From: Takakia lepidozioides
Taxonomy: Eukaryota; Plantae; Bryophyta
Assembly (NCBI GenBank): GCA_030704615.1
Contig: CM060731.1
Coordinates: forward strand, 80,538,001-80,602,000
Length of the DNA: 64,000 nt
Direction of reading: 5' to 3'
Part shown: piece after piece, positions 9,335 through 21,639 of the stretch
Layout: each line of letters begins with the position of its first letter
Position numbering within the stretch: position 1 is the first letter of the stretch
Made by a program: the position numbers and the translations under genes
Notes under the pieces: generated by a model
Databases searched by the model: none
What the model saw: only the letters and a program-made list of their open reading frames with translations
Told to the model about the DNA's origin: nothing

Positions 9335-11563
9335 TCAACAACTGGTGAGCGGAGATCACCAGTTGGCTAGGGTATCGCCTTCCCCGAAACCCTAACCATA
9401 TCCTACATGTAGGTTATTCTACGGATTTCCGACCTATATGGAACCGTCTGGTAGGGGCTTCCATACCCGGGTTGATACTCGAGCTTTTGTATATACCAGA
9501 CGGGGGTTGGTATCCTGTGAGCACAACATAAGCATGCTCACGTGAGTACAACCCTTGGTCATGGGGTTTGTATGTTTTTAAACCGTGGTCATAGGAGTTA
9601 CATGTTTTGAGGCACGATGCATTTATAGGGTACAGTTGCACCAAAACGATAAACTATATGATCTATCTATACATTCATGAACATTCGATACATTTCAAAT
9701 CATTACTTGTAAGCCAAAACATAATATACTAAGGGAATCATTTTAATATTAAACTATTATGTGTGATTCACCACCTAACGAAAAACTATAAACATCATCT
9801 ATAAACCCTAATTCGACGAAAATTTCACAAAACGAAACCATGGCCATGAACCCTAAACATGCGATGGCGGGGTATCGCAATGAGAAAGCTTTGGTTATAT
9901 AGCTACAAACATAAGAGGCGGCGGATAGTGTGAGGAAATCCCACGCCTATAGGATAACATATTTATCATGTATTGGGGTTACTTGTTTCTTAAGTGTAGT
10001 TGTGAGGGCCTGTGTGAGCAGTTAAAAATAGTTCCACAAATTTTTAGTTTCTCAATTTTCGTTTCGCTCCGGAGGCATCTTAGGAATATGAGCAATATGA
10101 GCAATATGCGCTTGTGCTTGCTCACGCTACCCAACCTCATACCAGACCAGCACTGGTACATACCAAAGAGCATAATCCAAAATAACCGCCCCATTTCCTA
10201 GTCAGGGAGTCATTTTTATCAAAAGCCAAGTAAGATCCTAGTCACATACACGGCACTATAGGTCCCTGGTCAAGTCATTGTATGTTAGCCGCCAAGCATA
10301 TTGACGGTACTCTTACGTCAATGAGTATCTCAACGGCATACCTAAGGAAGTGTAGAGCATCAACCACCACAGCTCTATACATAATCTCATGACGGTTACC
10401 TTTAATTCATCTGTCGAGAAGAAAATCTGAGAAGGAAAATGTGGGCTGTCACAGAGTAGGTCATGAAAACAACTTTGCAAGCTTTCAATGTGCAGTACCA
10501 CATCGACCTCGAGGTACTAGCCAATATTTCCAACAAACAGGTGCCAATTATGCTTGTATAGATGGAAAGCTTTTACTTGCTATTTTCTTGCGATCACCCT
10601 TCATTCCAAATAGTGGATGTAGGTTGAGTAGTTGTAGCCCTCAGGGGAAATATTAGCTCCCACAGACCAATGTGGTACTATCTTTAGAGGGGTGGCCCAT
10701 TGGATGAGCCTTTGATGAACAAATGAAATGTGCAGAATGTGGACATTTTGTTGAAGAAAGCGTCACTTATGGTATCCTGGTATCACTTGACCCAAGCCCT
10801 TCGGATGGGACGGTTATGACATCCAACACACACGTGTTTGAATCCACAGCCACTAGTGACATGGTATTTTGCCCTTACGCCTTGCATAAACAAAGGTCTA
10901 ACAAGGGAAAACCCTATTAGAAGGGATTTTTGTTTAAGAGAACCTTCCAAACTTGGCGTCTGCTGTCGGTCCAGTTTGTTGGATGGTAGCCAAATCGCTT
11001 GCTACTTTCAGCTTGCCAGTCCCCAATTCTTCTTGCTCGGCCAGCTCGGCCAACAAATCAATAATAGAAGGCCGAGTCCTATCTTTTTGCCATATTGGAA
11101 CTTGCCACATGCGCATTGGACTGCCACATGAACATTGAGTTTTTCCGTTGAAAGCCCATGTAGCCGTATCCACATACTGAATAAGCCAATTAGTCCAATG
11201 ACCGGAAACCACCACATTTTGGACGCCCATTTGTAGTTAAGTCGCGCTAACTCTCAAACAATAAATAGACAGCTGCCACAACAGTGACAAATGAAAGAAA
11301 ACATGTACATCAATCATCATCCCCAATCGAAATTATACCAACCAGTACAAATCAATAATCATTAATCAGTGAAATAATGCTCAATAATCTTTACAAGTAA
11401 CCGTCTTTTCCTGCCATATTTGACCTCTCACTATAGCTAGCTTAATCCCTTTCCTGTTTTTTCTCACCACTACTGGTAACGACAAAATTGAGATGATGAA
11501 AATTAAGTTGACACTTGTCCTGAGACAACCACCTCAGGTTCAGAAACAAGATTCAGACAGCTA

Positions 11564-13634
11564 TCACACACCTTTGTTATAATGAACCTCATTAATCGGA
11601 TTCCCAAATCTATCAACTCTATTATGAAGCAATGGCTCCAATTTCATGACATCCACCGATGCCTGCTGCTTGAAAACACCGAAGCAAAGTGGCACAAATA
11701 TCTGGATGGATGCACCCACCATGGCCATCAGCGTCGGTATCCTCAAATATGGCCTGTTTGTGTACATCCTTGTGCGTTCCAATCTGAAAAGCATCATAAA
11801 GAGATGCACGGCAAAGGCCTTTTGCTGTCGGATTACCATTCCATTAAGTTATACATAATTTAAAGAAGCAAACGGCACTCATTCAGATATCTTGGTTCAC
11901 CTAGTCTGTAGAAACTAGTTTCTCATGTCTACAGAGAATGTTTTTATTCTACCCTGAAGTGAATGGGTGAATGTACTCATGAGATGTGTTTGCAGTAGCC
12001 TTGTGGCCATGGATCCTGTGCCCTTTGGGCAGATCGAGAAGGAATCTGAGAGAGGGAGGGAGAGAGTATGTACTCAATAAGACTTTGTTTGCCGCAACCT
12101 TGTGGCCATAGACCCCTTACCCAGTTTTTACGAGAGAGAGAGAGAGAGAGAGAGCTGCCACAGTTGTAAGGTTGCGATCGAGGTTTTGGTTCATAAGTTT
12201 GGGAAGTTTCTCCTCACCTTGCTAAAATGTATAATATGCTCAATACACTATGGGGCAAGGAGTGAGAAACAAACACACTAAAACAGAACAGAAAATATAA
12301 CGGGAACAAAATGATACACATGATAAAACCATCTGCAAGGGCACATACCTATGCATGACAAGAGGTGGAATCACCAAAATTGGAGCAGCTGCAGCTATCC
12401 GGCCAGCGATGCAGGCACTCACAGCCCTGGCACCAGCGAGCCGGCTCTGGCCAAGTTCATCACCATTACTGTCCAACACCTTGATGCCCTCCAGAAACTC
12501 ATCTCTGCGTGTAATTCCCAAATTCAGCAAGTCGGCTGCTGCAACCGCACAAAATGGAACTATTCTCCTTGCTACAGAAGCCCTGCATTGCTTGAGATAA
12601 TGCAGTGGTGCTGTGTAAGTGTGGTGAGTGAAATCTCTGTGTGGCAACATTTGCCATATCACCTGTGGAAGATAAGTGGGGTTACAGTAGCATCAACATC
12701 ACTCCTTCATGCTGTCAATGTTAGCACTTAGTCTGACACCAATCCCTATAGACCTACTGTCATTGGAAAAATTCCGTGTGTGGAGGGTAGAACTCCACAG
12801 TAGGCTATGGGGAGGGTTGATACCCCACTGGGTATATACTATAACTGAAGGGTCCATGGTGGCCAATATATCCATGGAGTGGGCACAGGGTATACACAAA
12901 CTTACCCCCTCACCCTCAGCACCCCACCTTTCTCTCTCTCTCCAGCTTGCTCGCCTTCCCAAACCTGCTCCCTCATTTTTGAAAGAGGTGGTAAAGGACC
13001 ATCATTAAATTATCACGGGAAGAACTGTAGGTATTGAAGAGAGAGAGAGTTTCTCCTTGACTACCCTCATGGACCATTTATCTGTCCACTTAAGATTGAA
13101 ATCATGACAGATAGCATAGCCTTCAACAGAGGTACAAGGTTTAAACAAACTTTACCAGGGTCTGCCAGGGGGAACCTTATCCAAGAGAGCATGGAGACCA
13201 ACAGCAGCACCCACAGAACTGGCGCTTGCACCTACATAAGCTTCAACAAGTTTCTGAATCCCTTCCTCGTTCGAAGCATTCCGATTGGCATAATAATGCA
13301 AGCAATTGTATGTCTGATTAAGCCATTGGGCGCCCACATTTTGCATACATCCCCTGGCTGATAGCATCAGAGTATCCAGAACCAGATTGCAAGGGATCAC
13401 AAAGGAAAGACGGAGAGGGAGGAAGATCTTCTCTCCAGTATCAGGATGGACAATTGCATCCTTAACTTTGCGGGCTTGCTCCAATTTTTCTGAGGGGACT
13501 GAGAGGTCCCCATTTTGATGAGACTTCAAAAGCTGGACTGCTGCATCAACTTGGGAATCTGTCACAAATGCTGTTTGAATGTCCATCATGTTGAAAATCC
13601 TTTGAACTCTCGCCCAGTACGTGCCTTCATCCAT
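11564..13634 (-). CDS. Sideroflexin (mitochondrial tricarboxylate/serine carrier family); 3 exons 13634-13156, 12582-12349, 11783-11564; ~310 aa
   Basis: DAIVHPDTGEKIFLPLRLS, QWLNQTYN..YYANRNAS, RRIVPFCAVAAA, GQSRLAG, C-terminal YNKGV; GT-AG splicing keeps frame (933 nt). Confidence 0.88.
11968..12152 (-). repeat. Two copies of dispersed intronic repeat family A plus (GA)n
   Basis: AATGTACTCA..AGAC..TGTTTGCCGTAGCCTTGTGGCCAT matches copies at 18445, 54100, 54445 and 54708. Confidence 0.75.
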
Positions 13635-16600
13635 GCTCCCCTCTTGGTCAAGTGAAAGAATGTTCAATAACAGAATTGTCTGGGTTCAAGGCCTAACAGA
13701 GACAGTCAATATGCATTCAGAGACAGGATAGTGCCAGAATAAGTGGGAGATCGCTTTGAGAGAGTGAACCGGAGCCTTGCACCATCTCCACATGAGTTGA
13801 TGTTCCTACAAGAATACAGCCTAAGTCAGTGGAATGTTCTCTACCCTGGTATGTAGTACTGGGCTGAGACAGTCAATCTAAGACTATGAGACAGCGTGAC
13901 ACTCTGTTATCTCCCCACTGTCTTCCTAAGTTCCTGGAGGGTGGAGAACAAAGAAAAGTCCAGACTTGAACACAAAAGAAAGAGGGAGAGAACCTAACTA
14001 ACAAAAGAGGGCTGAAGAAAGCTCCCCATTTAAGACTGAAGAACTCTGTTCTTGATCATTTTGAATAGAACAAATGCTGAAATGCCATAAACTTATGAGT
14101 ACAGAGAGTTTTTTTCTTCAAAAGGAGATGCAATGTATGCCCTTTACCTTGAAGCAGCTTTACTTTCATGAACATTTCAGACACAACAAACTCCTTAGAG
14201 CTGCAAAGTCTGGAAAACCTGTAGAACTGGTTTGCAATAATACGCTACTTAGCCATGTCCAAAATGTTGGACTCAATATGAGACAGTCTTATCTTTGAAT
14301 ACCAGCACATTCTTGTGAGAGTTTGTCAAAAACTGTCAATTACATAACCTTAAGGACTGAATGATTGCAAGTTACTGTCTGCTGAAAATCCTGATGCTAA
14401 CTAGAACCCCCCATTGAACCCTTCTTGTGAATAGTATTCGATGTCCTGAAGCACGGAGGAGACACACGTAGAACTTACTATACCGACCCAATGAAGATCC
14501 CTCCAGCGACAAGGTTGTGGTAAAAGGCAGACAGCCCAGAACGAAAGAAGGTCCCTGGTGTTCAACTCCTTGTCATGTGAAAACCAGAGAGGGCGGGAGA
14601 GACAACAGGTGCTGATTTTTCTACATTTCAGAGTGGGTTACCACTGATCGCGGAACAGTTAATATAGTCCCGACGCAAGCCTTTACTTCATCTCACCAGC
14701 ATATAAAACTGTGCCCGGATGTACCACAGCCGACGATAACCCAGTCGGAGGGGCTTCATACTTGTGGCTGGTAATCCAAAGCGTACATGTTTTGTCAGAG
14801 GAGAAATCATCGTACGCAAGGATCGCGAGCTTAAAGTTCCATACAACCGGCCCGAAGAAGAATTCTACTCAGTTTCTACCTGGTTCAGGTTTCCCAGCGA
14901 AATCCAACCAAATGTAGACCTATCCACCTCAATCCCTTACACTAGCACAATACTTTGTGACACTGGTGGAAATCACTGGAAAGGCCGAGTACTGTCACGT
15001 AGCTAGTGCAATTGAGCTAGTTAAGAAAAGATTATCAATTGGTGTTCCGCAACTTCATAGACAATACTTGGAACAAAAAACAAGTTCCGGCCCGGCACAC
15101 TCCAGACTCCAGACCTGGGTATGAAACGCACGAAGAACTGAGGATAGAACTTTCAATTCTCATGAGCTGAATCCAGCCAATTGGCACAGAGACCCACCCA
15201 CTTCACGTCTCAGATTAAAAATCCATAGACACATGCAGCCAAAGATGCAGACATTAGCACATAGTTTCATTTCATATTCAACAAGAAATAGGCTTTTCGA
15301 GCATCCACCACCATAACTGCATTGGAGTGAACAAGACTTGCAACATAAATGCCAACCCACCAGAGATTTGATGGAGCTTCACCACCCACTGCTGCAGCTT
15401 GCATGAGCAGGTTTGATGAACAGCCGCCAGTGAGAAGGGCGAAGATTTCCATAATAAACTCCGGAGTTTAGTAAGTGAGCGAGAAGACCTAAAAGGACAG
15501 CTCCATATAGTAAAAAGTCTGGGGCTGAACAGGAGCCCTCCATTCTGTCTGTCAGTGTTCATAATTATGGGAATCTTCGGATTCTCCAGGGGCCATCCAA
15601 TGCGCCCAGCCTTCCATTGGAGAACAAAAGTTTTCGGTTTGCGCTGTCTTTTTCCTTTCAAAAAAGTAGTAGAAAGCAGAAAAGGACGACAACATAAAGA
15701 GAGACAGAGCGTCTAGGAGAGAAAAGTCAAGTAGAGCAGATGAACTTGAGAAACCGTGTAGGGTGCATAGTGGTGACGCGACGATTTGTACACTGAGTGC
15801 ATCAGCAAAGGTGATCTTGTGAGTTACCGAAGTAGACATTGTGCAGAAGTCATCCAGCTTTGGGGAAAGGTCAGTGATAAGTCATTTGGTTGAATACAGA
15901 TCCCATATGGGTCACAAGTAATAGTCACAAGTGGGTGAATTTATTTCAGACAACGGTCTTTTCATCAAAGATGCTAAAAGATAAATTATCTCCTTGCAAT
16001 TTGATCAGTAGCCCCTCAAACCGTATTTCATAGATGAAGTCTGATGGGCTGAAGTCTGGGCCCCAGAATGAGAGCTGCGTTATGATTCCCTGCAAGTCTG
16101 GAATTTCAACCAGCAGCCCAGAGCCATTCTTGCAGACCCATTTTGGCTTACCAAACTGCATTCCGATTGGCATTGAAGATCACAGATGTGAAACTAGCTG
16201 TTAGTGGCATTGCATGACATCACAATATACTTTTTACTCTAATTTAGAGTACTTCAAAGCTGAACTTCTGTTGCAATAATTTTGCCATCCTCACATGAGA
16301 GATTTTAAACGGCGACTATGACCAAAGCTACATACATCTGTGGACAAAACCGGGAGGAAGTCATCGACTGGGCACAGCTCCATGACACTAGTGTGATTAG
16401 GCAAAACCACACGTTGAGAACCTTTGCTGCAGTGAGGCTATGAAAAGTGGCCTTATTGGAGTGGACCCTTGAAGCATGTCAGATTGGGTCCCTATCTTCT
16501 GTTATTCCCTCTCCCTCTTACATCCTCCTCTCTTCACCCCACGAATATTAGAACACTGAGAATACTGTAGTCCCACATTATAGTCAAGATCTGTAACCTG

Positions 16601-17469
16601 GAGGAGAGAGGGAGAGAAAAGTATTTCGGGTGTGTCAATTTCACTATATCCAACTTAAAGCTGAGACTACAGATAAGCAGCTTGCTTTACCTTTACACCT
16701 TAGGATGCCACAAATGTACCCTCGATTGTGGCAACCTAATTGGAGCAAGCTGCCCTTACCCTATGAAACATGTTCTTCTCTCCTCGATGCCGCTTGGTAT
16801 CAAGAAACTACCACATCTGTTAGACTTAGTAGCCACCTTCTTCTACCAAGCTGGTGAGATCATATAATAGCATAAATTGGCCACTAATGTACAAATCATC
16901 TAAACCCAGTCACGTACCCTGGGCTACAGAAGAATAATCCCCCTAAGAGAGATTTGTTACATCCTCAATGTAGGAGCATTATTGGTAAGCAGCCTTGGAT
17001 GCACATAAACATGCTTTCAGCAGAGACTTGCCCCCTGCTTCAGGGAACCACTCCGCCTCTAGAGGAAGAGATTGATGATGACATGCAGCTAGCTGTGTCA
17101 TCCAGACCAGAAAGCCAGCCCACTTACCCAGCCACTGAAGCTGTCACATGATTCCTGAGTATCCTGACTAAATGGAGATCATTATCAATGAACAAAAAAG
17201 CCATGTGGTACCTAGGTAGTCCCGATGGAACGATTGTGATTGCAATTTCTTCATATGCAACCTTGTCTTCATCACCTACCTGTTCACATCACCAAATTAT
17301 CTTTCTCTTTCGCTCCCAAGGGTAGACACACAAATAAGTGATCTCAAGTGTTGGTTCAACATGCAACCGCAATATCACCGGTTTCTGAGTCAGAAGTCCT
17401 ACCTGAAAGCAGTCACAGGTCCATTTAACTCATGGCTGGTTCCAAAGCAAACTAATGTTGCTGATCGGT

Positions 17470-20400
17470 TTACTTGATAGACAGGCGGAGCTTCATGTCC
17501 TCATACACAAGGTAGGTGATGCTGGCAGCGGGTGCCACCTTCAGCATGTTGGGCAGCAAGCCTTTGTAAAACCCACGCACACCCTCATGCTCAAGGGTAC
17601 GTCTGAACACATCCACCATGCCCTTGTATCCGCCTTCTACCTTGAGTGGCTGTGCTTGCAGTCTGCATTTCCAGCAAGAACCTTGCTTAGCATCCCTGTC
17701 ACTCGGAGCTGCTCTCTTGCATATGGCCTCTAAGATAAGGTAACACACCTGGTGCGAATGAGTTGCAATGGGTAGACACATGTGGCACCAAGGGCTCCTG
17801 AGACTGTCCCACATCCAAGCTGCACCAGGGCTCCTGGCCCTGCACATGACCCATTACCTCCTGTTCTTTCACTGTATGACCAGACTCCACCCTATGCACC
17901 ACAGGGATGTGTATGGACATAGCTTACTTGTGTATAGGTGTACAGAAAACATCTGCAAGTGTTGCATGGGAAGCTTTCACACATTTGCAGTAGTGTGCTC
18001 TCAGAAGAGGCCCCAAATTCCCTCATTGATTATGGGTGCCATCCTTAGCTCTTAATGCATGACATGTAGCTGTAGGGTTTTCATGCTATACATAGATACA
18101 GCACTTTGCAGTTAATTCTGACACGTAATCCATTGATTGCAACAGTGCTGTCACCAGCTTCCACCACAATAATTTCCCTCATGCCAAGGCCTCATAGGTG
18201 GATGGGTGACGAGGGAGGACCAGTGGCCATTTTCTGAGATACTATGAAAGGTGACAGGCCACCTCTTAGTTCAAACTTTAACAGGGGGACGCGTTTTGAG
18301 GCCATCCACGATTGCATTAATGAGAAAGGCTACAAAGCTAATCCATGCCACGATCTTAAAATATGAAGTTAGTGGCCTCAATCATTAAGTCCTTGGCCAT
18401 GCAGCACAACCTTGATGGAAATAGAATCCCGACCTATAGCTAGGAGAGAGAGAGAGAATGTACTCGTAAGACGTTGTTTGCCGTAGCCTTGTGGCCATTG
18501 ACCCCGGGAACGCCCACTTTGAGTGGAACATAGGAGGGAGAGAGAGAGAGAAATGAAATGAAATGAAGTGGAGCTTTATAATGTCCGTGGAAAGCTCATA
18601 GAGCTTATGGGACAAAATGGAGAGAGAGACAGTCTTGCCCAAGCAACCGTAACTTATGGTGTCACTTCACCTTGACATGACTACTGCCTTCTGTTTGGAA
18701 GGTGGACACCTTCTAACGGCTGTAACAGGGGCAATGCGGTTGCCCAACCCTCTCCGAAGGACTTCAAAGTCCCCAGGTACCCACACAATCAGTAACCCCC
18801 CCTATTATAGTTGAGTTGGCCATAATGCGTGACATCTATGTGGCTTTGAACCCACGAGTGCCCTAACCACTGGGCCATCTGTTAGATGCTTGAGCGGACA
18901 CATATCTGATTGGTGGAGGAAGTCTATCGGCTTTTCACAATTTAATGTTGACATCTACAGGGGTTGTCAATTACCATATCATTGCCCAATTTAAGGTGAA
19001 TGGTGCTACTATTTGCTGCAAGACTTGCTATTGAAAAAAGGGAGACTCTTGCCGAAGCAAGCGTACTGATGGTGTTACTTCACCCCGAAGGGCTACTGCC
19101 TCCCATTTGAAAGGTGAACACCTTCAAACGGCCGTAATCGAGACAATGAGGTTGCCCAACCCTCCCACAAGGACTCAAAAGTCCCCAAGTACCCACACAT
19201 TAAGTAACCGGTCGACACAGGTACCCCCCTTTTATGGCTGGGTTGCCCATAATGGGTGACATCCAACATACACGTATGTGGCTTCGAACCCACAACCTTT
19301 TGTAAGGCGGCCTTGTGCCCTAACCACTGGGCCATCTGTTGGATGCTGACCTGCTATTACACTAGCACCAACAACTGAAATGTGGGCTATTCATGTCCAC
19401 CATTGAATTGGAGCTAAATGTGACAGATATTTTTGAGTAAGGCCAACCCTGTCCTTGTATGGAGAGGCTGTGTTAAGAAAAATCTTTCCTAGACTTGAAT
19501 GTGGCAATTGATGATGGCGATAAATCCTAAGATATACAGCATCTCAAATATATGATCCCTCAAGAGCATTAATATTCTGACCCTTTATTTCCTTTGACAT
19601 TAAGGGACACTGCCGATGCTGTTAGTGATGCATCCCACTCATTCCATTTTGAGCTCCCTGACAACATAAGAATCTCTGCAAAGACATACCTGTATCTAGT
19701 GGTACAAACTGGGCAGAGAAGTCCTTGAGAGTTTCATACACCGTCAAGTCAATAGCTGCATATGGCACCATACCCAGCAGGGATGGAACCAAGCCACGGT
19801 ACAATGCTCTCGGGCCCTCGTGCACGACAATGTCCCGTGAAAGCGACAGTAATGCTGGTGCTGTGCCTGGTGAACTGTGACACTGCAAGCGTGTTTTGAT
19901 CAGATCCAAAGGATAGATGGCCGTCTGAGCAATTGCACCTGCACAAAATAAGAATAGTTAGCAAGTGCCAGGGGAGAGAGCTGGGATGAGCTTTCAAAAG
20001 CTCAAGGAGCTTAGGGGACAGTAACCCATAACAAACAAAAGCATTAGAATTGAAATGGCTGCAGAAAGATGGATGACCTCCTGAGGTTAAGCTGCTGGCT
20101 CTCAAAACTAGATGCTCCCGCCAGTGATGAGAGAAAGAGATGTTAGACTTTAATTACGCGAGACAAGAAGGAGGGGGTCATGTTTGGACAGAAACTACAG
20201 ATGGGCACATACAAGGCGGGAACATCTGCATTCAGACATTTGGCTAGACGTAAGAGAAGAGGTCAGCTCCCACAACTCTTGTACTTTCTATGGAAGTTAC
20301 TGCAGGAGAGGGAAAGGAGGGTTGGCCTAAAAAGCATAAACCTGCAACGCCTCCTGCAACCAGCCGCCCCCAAGTTCCGATCTCGCCTTGCTTCCCGTCA

Positions 20401-21639
20401 CCCACCACAATGCCTTTCATCATTTCATAGGCATAGAATTTAATCGCCGACTCTGGGGCTACTTTGAGCACGTTAAGACCATTCCCTCGAAAGAACCCCA
20501 TCACACCATTATTTTTGTAAATGTGCAAAAGGCCGGCGATCACACCCTCACCATTGGTCTGCACTTGCAGAAGCACCTTGAGGCGGTCCAAGGGAGCTGT
20601 GGCAGTGCGGCTCAGCGCCCCAGCCACTGCACCTGCCAGCAGATAACGGGCAGCATGGTGGCCACCAATGCCCTCAGGAATGACGGCCTGTTCTCCGATG
20701 TCCACCAAGGACACCTTCTCCCAGTACTGATAGATGTTAGCTAGTGTGGCTTCGTGTGGAAAAAGCAACAGGAAGTCACGCCACTCACTGTAAGTGATCC
20801 TTCCATTCTTGTCCTGGTCTATGTGCTGCACAAATGATGCTAGCTCCTCATCTCCTATTTGAATCCCTGCGCTCATAAACATTCCACTTCAACTCAGTGG
20901 AGCAAAAAGGGGGAAGGGACAGAAGATTTCCATCGTTCTAGAGTGCAGAAAAATTTGCCACAGAAAACCTCAAATAAAAGATAGGAATGGTGACACAGTA
21001 CTCCGCCAGCCCCTGTCTAGTGCCCAAAGCCATAGGATCCCATTGTTTCGTACTACCTCTGGGGCAATTCAAGAACAAGGTAGAATCTAAAGCCCTGTCA
21101 TGCTGCAGCAATCAAAACTGAGGACACATGACACTACTTCATGAACTGGAAAAGCGACCTCTACTTCCATCCAGCTGCGCCAATCTAAATGCCCATTCAT
21201 CACTATCCTTTCACCCCATGCGGGTGTACATATCAATGTCCGAAGACAGAAAAAACCGACCTGCATGCAAGAGAGCATCTCGAAGCTCAGCGGGCTCGAG
21301 AGCTCCGTCGTCGGTCACATCGATGGATTTGAAGAGATTGTAAAGTTCTCCTTCTTTATCGTCCATGTATTTCCGGAATTCGGCAAAGTCAATGTGTCCA
21401 TCATGATTGGAATCACAGACCTCCAGCAAGTCCCGGGCATACTTGTACTGCAAGGGAGTCGAGAGTGATCGTAATCCCGCCTCTATCTGCGTGTGATCCA
21501 AATAGCCAACCTTGGCGCTGTCAAACGAATCAAACAGATTGCGAATTCGTAGCTCCCTCTCATCCTTTGTCTCCTGGGCTGCTGCCTCCACCTCTCGGGC
21601 CTTCTCTTCTCCTCTGTCCCCAATGCTACTACCTTTCAT
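17470..21639 (-). CDS. Calcium-binding mitochondrial ATP-Mg/Pi carrier (APC/SCaMC type); exons ~21639-21261, 20866-20342, 19938-19690, 17839-17749, 17662-17470
   Basis: EF-hands ([26 protein letters not shown]) followed by three carrier repeats ([29 protein letters not shown]). Confidence 0.92.
18445..18630 (-). mobile_element. Family A repeat plus a 5'-truncated LINE 3' tail ((CATTT)n) flanked by (GA)n
   Basis: Reverse complement of 18551-18620 matches the LINE 3' UTR at 26704-26772. Confidence 0.8.
18636..18889 (-). mobile_element. tRNA-derived SINE, internally deleted copy
   Basis: Similar to 19049-19346; box A TGGCCCAGTGG, box B-like GGTTCAAAGCC. Confidence 0.75.
19049..19346 (-). mobile_element. 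tRNA-derived SINE, near full-length (~300 bp)
   Basis: Pol III box A TGGCCCAGTGG (19334-19324), box B GGTTCGAAGCC (19290-19280), stem CATCCAACA/TGTTGGATG; five related copies in the window. Confidence 0.8.

Noticed and set aside
10700-11230. Cys-containing short ORFs
   Set aside because: No recognisable family or splice structure
14700-17150. Several 60-127 aa ORFs between sideroflexin and the carrier gene
   Set aside because: Could not assign any homology by eye
19250-19346. Functional tRNA gene
   Set aside because: Non-canonical cloverleaf spacing and attached to a repeated ~200-bp body; better explained as a SINE head
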